DNA of 64,000 bases. Origin: Gemmatimonadota bacterium. GTDB taxonomy: Bacteria; Gemmatimonadota; Gemmatimonadetes; Gemmatimonadales; GWC2-71-9. How positions within the stretch are numbered: the stretch's first letter is position 1; each line of letters opens with the position of its first letter. This document shows, piece after piece, positions 57,605 through 64,000 of the stretch. A program made the translations under genes and the position numbers. The stretch lies in the NCBI GenBank assembly GCA_003222035.1, contig QHUS01000045.1, forward strand, positions 89,360 through 153,359, read 5' to 3'. The notes under the pieces were generated by a model. The model searched no databases, was not told the DNA's origin, and saw only the letters and a list, made by a program, of their open reading frames with translations.

Positions 57605-58633
57605 ATGGCCGCACCGGCCCTCTGCGTCCAGTGCGGGACGCAGCTCGCTCCCACCCTGCTCGCCTGTCCGTCGTGTCAGCGCCTGGTGTACAGCGAAGAG
57701 CTCAAGCGTCTCGCGACCACGGCGGAGCAGGCGGCGCATGCCGGTGACTGGACCGCCGCGCTCGGGGGCTGGCGTCAGGCGCTCGACCTCCTGCCACCCG
57801 ACTCGTCGCAGCACCAGATCATCTCCGCACGGATTGCCGAGCTGAGCCGCGTCGTCGACGGCGGCTCCAGCGCGGACGCGACCAGGCACGGTTCCTCGAA
57901 GTTGGCCAAGGGCACCGCAGGCGCGAGTGTCGTGGGCGCGCTGCTCCTGAAGTTCAAATTCGCGCTCGTATTCGTCCTCACCAAGGCCAAGCTTCTGCTC
58001 CTCGGTCTGACCAAGGGCGGTACGCTCTTCAGCATGTTGTTGTCCGCGGGCGCGTACTGGACCATGTGGGGGTGGAAGTTCGCGGTCGGCGTCGTCCTAT
58101 CCATCTACGTGCACGAGATGGGCCACGTGCAGGCGTTGCAGCGGTACGGCATCAAGGCCACGGCCCCGATGTTCATCCCCGGGATCGGGGCGGTGATCAG
58201 GCTCAAGCAATACCCCGCCAACCCGCGCGAGGACGCACGCGTCGGTCTCGCGGGCCCGCTGTGGGGACTGGGCGCTGCACTCGCGGCCTACGCCGCATAT
58301 CTGGCTACGGGCTTGGGCGTGTGGGGCGCCATCGCGCACTTCGGCGGGTGGGTGAACCTGTTCAACCTGACTCCGGTGTGGCAGCTCGATGGCGCGCGCG
58401 GCTTCCGTGCGCTGACGCAGGCGCAGCGCTGGGGAGCGGTGGCGGTCATCGCTCTGGCGTGGGTCGTGACCAAGGAAGGGTTGCTGCTGTTGGTGCTCGT
58501 CGCCGCCGCGGCGGCGGCTGGTTGGGGGCGCGCGCCGCAGGAACGCGATCAGCCCGCCCTGCTGCAGTACGGCTTTCTGGTCGGCGTTCTGTCGCTGCTC
58601 ACGCGGATCGGCGTGCCGACCGTACCTCGATGA
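57605..58633 (+). CDS. M50-family (site-2 protease-like) zinc metalloprotease with N-terminal zinc ribbon
   Basis: N-terminal CVQCG...CPSCQ. HEMGH lies inside a hydrophobic helix. Later LFNLTPVWQLDG (M50-type NxxPxxxLDG motif). Confidence 0.8.
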   Translation: MAAPALCVQCGTQLAPTLLACPSCQRLVYSEELKRLATTAEQAAHAGDWTAALGGWRQALDLLPPDSSQHQIISARIAELSRVVDGGSSADATRHGSSKLAKGTAGASVVGALLLKFKFALVFVLTKAKLLLLGLTKGGTLFSMLLSAGAYWTMWGWKFAVGVVLSIYVHEMGHVQALQRYGIKATAPMFIPGIGAVIRLKQYPANPREDARVGLAGPLWGLGAALAAYAAYLATGLGVWGAIAHFGGWVNLFNLTPVWQLDGARGFRALTQAQRWGAVAVIALAWVVTKEGLLLLVLVAAAAAAGWGRAPQERDQPALLQYGFLVGVLSLLTRIGVPTVPR

Positions 58634-58698
58634 CCACGAGTACTTGAACGGGGGTGGCGTCGGGCCTAAGTTTTCGATTCGGCCAGACCGGAGCGGGG

Positions 58699-58971
<273 letters not shown>

Positions 58972-58982
58972 TCACGCCGCTG

Positions 58983-60212
58983 TCAGTGCACCGTCTGCAG
59001 GAAGTCGGCGACGAGGCGGCTGCTCACGAGCGGCTGCTCGAGCGGCACCAGGTGACCCGCCGCCGGGACGACGTGACACTCCGCGCCCGGGATGAGCTGC
59101 GCCATGGCCCGGGCCCCGTCAGGGGGAGCGATCTGGTCCTCGCTCCCCACCAGTACCAGCGTCGGCACTCGGATCTTACGGAGCGTCTCGGTCGAGTCCG
59201 GGCGATCGCGCAGCACCCGTAACGCGCCCACGAGCACGGGTACGGGCCAGCGGCGCGCCATCTCTCGCACCTGATCGACCACTTCGGGCTGCGCGGCCAG
59301 CGTCTCCGGCGCCACCAGGCGCGGGAGCAATCGTTCGATCACGGCATCCTGCCCATGCCGCTCCGCCACCAGCGTGAGCTCGTCTCGTCCCCGCTTTGCC
59401 TCTGTGGAGTCCGCCTCCGTTTTGGTATCCACCAAAATCAGCGCCTTCGCGCGCTCCGGGTGCCGCCGCAGCAGCTCGAAGAGGACGTATCCGCCCATCG
59501 AGAGACCGCACAGCACCGCCTGCCGCGCCCCCAGCCCGTCGAGCACGGCGACGAGATCGTCGGCGTATCGCTCGAGCGCATATCCATCGGCCGTTGACGC
59601 CGCCCCGGACGCGCCGACGCCGCGTAGATCGAGGGCGATCCGCCGGACCCGCGACAGCGCCGCGAGCTGGTGCTTCCAGACGGTGCGATCGAACGGGAAG
59701 CCGTGCACGAACAGCACCGGGAGTCCCTCGCCGCGCACGTCCACGCTGAGCTCCACGTCGCCCGCCGGCACGCGGATCGGCTCGTGACCGCCGCCGGCCC
59801 CAGACGGACGGGCCAGGGGCCCGAGGAAGCGTGCGATCTCGTCTGGGATCGGCGTGGCGCGTCCCAGCCGATCGATGCAGACGAAGACCATCTCCGCGTC
59901 CGCGATCGGCGCATCGTCCGAAACGCGTCGCACCACATGACGCAATGTCATGCTGGTCGTGCCCCTGCCCGCGACGGTCGTCTCCACGCGCAGCACGTCG
60001 CGCGCGAAGGCAGCGGCGCGGTATTCGATCACGGCTTTGCGGACGGCCGGCCAGACGCCGTTGCGATCGAACAGATCCATGCCCGGCCCACGGGCCAAGG
60101 CCTCCCAGCGCGCCCGTTCCAGCAATGTGAGCAGCGCCGCCTGGTTCAAATGTCCAAAGGCGTCACACTCGTACGGGTAGACGGTCAGGTCGACGGTCGT
60201 GAACGGAGTCAC
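58983..60212 (-). CDS. fusion protein: hotdog-fold acyl-CoA thioesterase (YbgC/4HBT-like) + alpha/beta hydrolase
   Basis: Track ORF 58983-60731 trimmed to the GTG at 60212, which overlaps the upstream stop as GTGA. N-terminus VYPYECDAFGHLNQAALL is hotdog thioesterase-like. Then LFVHGFPFD...GLSMGGYV...GSEDQ...AGHL gives the alpha/beta hydrolase nucleophile elbow and His. Confidence 0.75.
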   Translation of the reverse strand: MTPFTTVDLTVYPYECDAFGHLNQAALLTLLERARWEALARGPGMDLFDRNGVWPAVRKAVIEYRAAAFARDVLRVETTVAGRGTTSMTLRHVVRRVSDDAPIADAEMVFVCIDRLGRATPIPDEIARFLGPLARPSGAGGGHEPIRVPAGDVELSVDVRGEGLPVLFVHGFPFDRTVWKHQLAALSRVRRIALDLRGVGASGAASTADGYALERYADDLVAVLDGLGARQAVLCGLSMGGYVLFELLRRHPERAKALILVDTKTEADSTEAKRGRDELTLVAERHGQDAVIERLLPRLVAPETLAAQPEVVDQVREMARRWPVPVLVGALRVLRDRPDSTETLRKIRVPTLVLVGSEDQIAPPDGARAMAQLIPGAECHVVPAAGHLVPLEQPLVSSRLVADFLQTVH

Positions 60213-61159
60213 GGGACTGCAAACGTATGCCAGAACACGACTCGCTGCACGTTCCACGTTCCACGACGCATGAGGAGGCCGAATGCTTTCGCGCCGTACG
60301 TGGAATCGAGGGTGAGGCCGTGCTCGGACGCGAGACGACGTGCCGCCTCCCCGTCCGACGTCGGATGCCCGTAGCCTTCGCCCAGCCTGTCGACGATTTC
60401 GAGGGAGCAGGGAGCGGGGAGCGGGACCCCCCGGTGCGCGAGCAGCCGCCGTGCGGCGTGCGCCAGCCGCAGCGTCCGCCAGCGATTCGCGATCACTATC
60501 GGCGCGACGCGCACGCCCACGACGCGGGTGGGCCAGCCGAGCGCGCCCACCGCAAGCGCGAGGCCCGCGGCCGTGCCGCCGGTGCCGAGGGGGAGGACGA
60601 TCGCGTCGGGTGGGTGAGCGGTCTGCGCCGTGAGCTCGAGCCCTGCGAGCAGGTGGCCGACGACGGCGCGGGGATGCGCCCCGCCCCCGGGAATCCAGCG
60701 GCGGGGCCCAAGTGCGCGCGCCCGGCGCCACACCTCGAGCATCGCCACCGGCAGCGTGGCCCGCATCCGTGCGCGCACGACGAGCGCCGCCCGTTGCTCA
60801 CACGCGGTGGCCACCGCCTCACTCAGGGGCGTCACGGGCTGCGGGAACTGGGCGAGCGCGGCGCGCCCTCCAGCGGCGGCGGCGTGCACCGCTGTCGCCA
60901 GGCAGTGGGTCGAGCCCGTCCCTCCCACGGTGACGAACACGGTGCCCGGCGACGCGCCTGCGAGCAGGAACTCGAGCCCGCGCACCTTATTGCCACCGTA
61001 CCGCTGGGACGCTCGGTCCTCGCGCTTGAGCGCCAGCTCGGCCAGGCCGAGGGCGCGCGCCAGGGCGGGCGCTGGCTCCAGGGGCGTCGGCCATTCGCCC
61101 AGGCGACACGGCGCGAGAGTCGCGCGTATCTTTTGGATCAGCTGCGCCGCATCCGACAC
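60209..61159 (-). CDS. PLP-dependent enzyme of the D-cysteine desulfhydrase / ACC deaminase family
   Basis: Motifs WPTPLE, KREDRASQRYGGNKVRGLEFLL, and GGTGSTHC. Start uncertain: the GTG at 61159 is preferred because the ATG at 61213 would overlap the divergent small ORF. Confidence 0.65.
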   Translation of the reverse strand: MSDAAQLIQKIRATLAPCRLGEWPTPLEPAPALARALGLAELALKREDRASQRYGGNKVRGLEFLLAGASPGTVFVTVGGTGSTHCLATAVHAAAAGGRAALAQFPQPVTPLSEAVATACEQRAALVVRARMRATLPVAMLEVWRRARALGPRRWIPGGGAHPRAVVGHLLAGLELTAQTAHPPDAIVLPLGTGGTAAGLALAVGALGWPTRVVGVRVAPIVIANRWRTLRLAHAARRLLAHRGVPLPAPCSLEIVDRLGEGYGHPTSDGEAARRLASEHGLTLDSTYGAKAFGLLMRRGTWNVQRVVFWHTFAVP

Positions 61160-61183
61160 GTGAACCCCATTCCGAGGACGGCC

Positions 61184-61366
61184 ATGCGGGTTGCCACTGA
61201 TTACATCCGTCATGCCGCGCGCGCCGCCCGCAAATACGCGGGCGATCCGTTCGGCGGCACGCCCTCCGGCGCCCCCGAGGTGCCGGACGCTGAATTCTAC
61301 AAGACGCTCGCCAAGGCGTTGGAGGAGATCGCCGCCGGCATGGAAGCCCTCGGCAAGGAAGAGTGA
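61184..61366 (+). CDS. hypothetical small protein upstream of rnd
   Basis: Only the last 60 codons of track ORF 60227-61366 look coding (MRVATDYIRHAARAARKYAGDPF...EFYKTLAKALEEIAAGMEALGKEE). GAGGA upstream of the ATG at 61184. Stop overlaps the rnd GTG (GTGA). Confidence 0.4.
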   Translation: MRVATDYIRHAARAARKYAGDPFGGTPSGAPEVPDAEFYKTLAKALEEIAAGMEALGKEE

Positions 61367-62505
61367 GCTACATCCGCACAGCGGAAGCGCTCGCGGAGGC
61401 GATCGCGGCACTCTCTCGAGAACCGCTCGTCGCCGCGGACACGGAGGCCGCGAGCTTCCACCGCTACCGCGACCGGATCTTTCTCATCCAGCTGTCGAGT
61501 CCTTCCCGCACGGTGATCATCGACCCGCTGGCGGTGACGGACCTCGCCCCGGTCGGCCGCCTGCTCGCCGACCCGAAAGTCGAAAAGATCTTCCACGACG
61601 CCGACTATGACCTGCGGACCCTCGACCGGGATTACGGATTCCGCGCACGACGGTTGTTCGACACCCGGATCGCCGCGCAGCTCGCTGGCGAGCCCGCCGT
61701 GGGCCTGGCGGCGCTGCTCGAGAAGTACGTAGGCGTGAAGCTCGCCAAAGAGCACCAGAAGGCCGACTGGTCGCGCCGGCCACTCCCCCCCGCCATGCTC
61801 GCCTACGCGGCCGCCGATACGGCTCATCTACCTGCCCTGCGCGCCCAGTTCCGCACCCGGCTCACCGCGCTCGGCCGCCTCGCGTGGGCGGAGGAGGAAT
61901 TCACCCGGTTGGAGAACCTGCGGTGGACGGCGGGCGGCGGCCCGGAGGGCAGCGGTGCCGCCGCTGATGGCTTCCTGCGCGTGAAAGGATCGAAAGCGCT
62001 CCTCCCCCGGCAGCTCGCCGCTTTGCGGGAGCTGTACGGCTGGCGAGAGGGCCTCGCCGCGGAGCAGGACCGGGCCACGTTCCGGATCATCGGAAACGAC
62101 GCCCTCCTCGGAGTGGCCAAGGCACTGCCGCCCACGCCCGCGGACCTGAGCACGATCTCCGCCCTCCCCCCCGCCCTGGCGGCGCGGCACGGCACCGCGC
62201 TGCTCGACGCGGTGGGCCGGGCCCTCTCGCTCCCCGAGAGCGAGTTGCCGCGCGTCGAGCGGGCGCCGCGGCAGCCACGCGATGCCGCGCTCGAGGCGAG
62301 AGTCGAACGGCTCAAGGCGGCGCGCAACCGGGCCGCCGCGGAGTTGGGCATCGAGCCGGGCGTGCTGTGCGGCCGCACGACGCTCGAGGCGGTCGCCCGT
62401 GCCGAGCCCTCGCCAAACGATCGCGCCGGGCTCTCGAGAATCGGAGAGCTCCGGCGCTGGCAGATCGAAGCGTTCGGCGACGCGCTGCTCGCGGCGCTAT
62501 CCTAG
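61363..62505 (+). CDS. rnd: ribonuclease D
   Basis: DEDD 3'-5' exonuclease motifs VAADTEAASF, KIFHDADYDL, YAAADTAHL, followed by HRDC-like C-terminal regions. Confidence 0.85.
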   Translation: MSYIRTAEALAEAIAALSREPLVAADTEAASFHRYRDRIFLIQLSSPSRTVIIDPLAVTDLAPVGRLLADPKVEKIFHDADYDLRTLDRDYGFRARRLFDTRIAAQLAGEPAVGLAALLEKYVGVKLAKEHQKADWSRRPLPPAMLAYAAADTAHLPALRAQFRTRLTALGRLAWAEEEFTRLENLRWTAGGGPEGSGAAADGFLRVKGSKALLPRQLAALRELYGWREGLAAEQDRATFRIIGNDALLGVAKALPPTPADLSTISALPPALAARHGTALLDAVGRALSLPESELPRVERAPRQPRDAALEARVERLKAARNRAAAELGIEPGVLCGRTTLEAVARAEPSPNDRAGLSRIGELRRWQIEAFGDALLAALS

Positions 62506-62813
62506 AGTCCCATCAAGGCCCGGACCTTGGGATCCATCCGCTCGGGGGTCCAGTACGGTTCCCACACGATCTCGATGTCCACGTCCTTCACGCCCTCGAG
62601 CCCGCGCAGCACGCGGTAGGCGTCGTTCGTGATCATCGGGCCCGCGGGACAGCCCGGTGACGTGAGGGTCATTTTCACACGCACCGCACCGTCCTCGATC
62701 TCCACGTCGTACACGAGACCCAGGTCAATGATGTTCATGTCAAGCTCCGGATCCTTCACTTGCCGGAGCGCGGTGCGCGCTGTTTCCGCGTTGAGCGCCG
62801 CGGGCGCCGTCAT
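62502..62813 (-). CDS. DUF59 (MIP18/SufT-like) Fe-S assembly-associated protein
   Basis: 103-aa ORF. Motif VKDPELDMNIIDLGLVY...MTLTSPGCPAG. Confidence 0.8.
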   Translation of the reverse strand: MTAPAALNAETARTALRQVKDPELDMNIIDLGLVYDVEIEDGAVRVKMTLTSPGCPAGPMITNDAYRVLRGLEGVKDVDIEIVWEPYWTPERMDPKVRALMGL

Positions 62814-62843
62814 CAGCGTTCCTCCACCGTCCCGTTCTCGAAC

Positions 62844-63215
62844 CTAGTCACCTGCGTAGCCGCGCACCAGGCAGTGGCGGCGCCGCGCGATCCATCCATA
62901 GACAACGCGCGCCAGGGGAGCGGCGCCCGGAATGCGAAACGCCAGCGCCCACCAGCGCTTGCCCGGCAGCAGCCGGAGGAGCTCCGGAACCGCATCGGCG
63001 CCCGCGAGCACGCGCCCGTCGGGCAACAGGAGATGCATGGCGGCCGCGAGAGCGGGCAGCGGGATGGCGAACGCGGCCACGCGCGGCTGATCCTGGAACG
63101 GGATCAGCGCGATTCGCTGTTCCCGGTCCCACCGCCGCACGACGTCGACCGAGCGCTGGCAGAAGCCGCACGCGCCGTCGTAGATCAGCGTGGGGCGATC
63201 AACGAGCTTGTGCAT
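62844..63215 (-). CDS. DCC-family thiol-disulfide oxidoreductase (DUF393)
   Basis: LIYDGACGFCQRSV motif near the N-terminus; 123 aa. Confidence 0.75.
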   Translation of the reverse strand: MHKLVDRPTLIYDGACGFCQRSVDVVRRWDREQRIALIPFQDQPRVAAFAIPLPALAAAMHLLLPDGRVLAGADAVPELLRLLPGKRWWALAFRIPGAAPLARVVYGWIARRRHCLVRGYAGD

Positions 63216-64000
63216 CGGACGCCCGCGCGGCGGCGTCGGCGACGCCGCCGCGTATTTCCTTGAGCACCGTGAACGGCCGGCGGGCCCGTGGCGCGTACGC
63301 GCGGTTCGTGAGCAGCACGACGAACAGGTCCCGGTCCGGGTCGATCCAGAGCGAGGTTCCGGTCCACCCGGTGTGCCCGAAGCTCCGCGGACCGAACAGC
63401 GTTCCCGCGCTCGAGACGTTCTCCCCGGTCGGCAGCGCCTGCCAGCCCAGCGCCCGTGCTTCGCTTTTCGCGCCGAATGCCACGGCCTTGGAGGTGAACT
63501 GGCGCACGGTCTCCGCGCGCACGAGGCGAGAGCCGTCCGGGAGCGCGCCCTCGCGAACCACGAACTGCGCGAACCGCGCGACGTCCGCCGCCGTGGAAAA
63601 CAGTCCGGCGTTGCCCGATACGCCGCCCAACTTGAAGGCGCTGCCGTCGTTCACGGTGCCGGCGATGGCGTGCCCGTGCCAAACGCCGGTCGGCGCGATG
63701 CGGGGACGCAGGCGGGGCGGCGGCCGGAACACCATCGCGTCGAGGCCTAGCGGGCGAAACACCTCGCGCGTGATGAATACGTCCAGCGGCTCGCCGGTGA
63801 CATGCCGCACGACCTCGCCGAGCAGGATTGCGTTCAGATCGCTGTAGATCACGCGCGTGCCCGGCGGAACACGCGGGCGCTCGCGCAGCACGCGGGCCAT
63901 GACGCCGGCGCTGTCGTGAATCGCTTTGAGCTCGGGATCGGGGATGTCGGCACGGAGTCCGGAAGTGTGCGTAAGCAGCTGGCGCACGGTTATCCCTTCC
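63199..64000 (-). CDS. serine hydrolase / beta-lactamase-family protein, 5'-truncated by the window edge
   Basis: The frame is open to nt 64000 (upstream codons ...EGITVRQLLTHTSGL). Motifs LLTHTSGL and GHTGWTGTS are typical of class-C beta-lactamase / esterase family proteins. The catalytic SxxK would lie outside the window. Confidence 0.75.
   Translation of the reverse strand, partial: EGITVRQLLTHTSGLRADIPDPELKAIHDSAGVMARVLRERPRVPPGTRVIYSDLNAILLGEVVRHVTGEPLDVFITREVFRPLGLDAMVFRPPPRLRPRIAPTGVWHGHAIAGTVNDGSAFKLGGVSGNAGLFSTAADVARFAQFVVREGALPDGSRLVRAETVRQFTSKAVAFGAKSEARALGWQALPTGENVSSAGTLFGPRSFGHTGWTGTSLWIDPDRDLFVVLLTNRAYAPRARRPFTVLKEIRGGVADAAARASDAQAR

Noticed and set aside
60227-61183. First ~319 codons of plus-strand ORF 60227-61366
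   Set aside because: They are antisense to the PLP-enzyme gene and have Arg/Gly/Pro-rich shadow composition. Only the last 60 codons (61184-61366) have ordinary composition, an SD-like GAGGA and GTGA coupling to rnd.

Overview
High-GC (about 68-70% by eye) bacterial chromosomal segment with roughly 60 genes. Many gene junctions are 4-nt ATGA/GTGA start-stop overlaps. The gene content resembles Gemmatimonadota-type genomes, but this is a guess I cannot verify here.

The neighbourhood is housekeeping and origin-proximal in type:
- mnmG(gidA), two parS sites, then parA-parB, co-operonic with an M23 peptidase and a bactofilin
- a complete sufBCDSU operon
- thiC behind a TPP riboswitch
- def, queG, rsgA and rnd
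- beta-oxidation genes (thiolase plus FadB/J-type), glpD, proline dehydrogenase and a fused E1 2-oxoacid dehydrogenase
- an ECF sigma operon

I recognised no rRNA, tRNA, CRISPR array, transposase or integrase. Most long ORFs in the six-frame track are Arg/Pro/Gly/Ala-rich shadow ORFs antisense to or out of frame with real genes. Several track ORFs were trimmed to internal starts; the track prints GTG/TTG starts as M.

Most interesting observations:
1. A six-gene same-strand operon at 20.5-27.1 kb: class-V PLP enzyme, LOG, deoxyhypusine-synthase-like, MFS, ATP-grasp ligase, and a 4x zinc-ribbon HExxH peptidase. I cannot assign it to a described pathway.
2. A G8-C-G8-CC-G7-CC-G7 tract inside that operon. 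Behind it the MFS gene has no canonical start codon that preserves its first transmembrane helix.
3. A family of NNNGGTG heptanucleotide arrays at two loci: about 10 direct copies filling an intergenic gap, and 4+4 inverted copies forming a hairpin.
4. Unusual fusions: aspartokinase-M20, and thioesterase-alpha/beta hydrolase.
5. An ECF operon with two CBM48-like domains.

All functional calls rest on motif recognition by eye. No database search was run.
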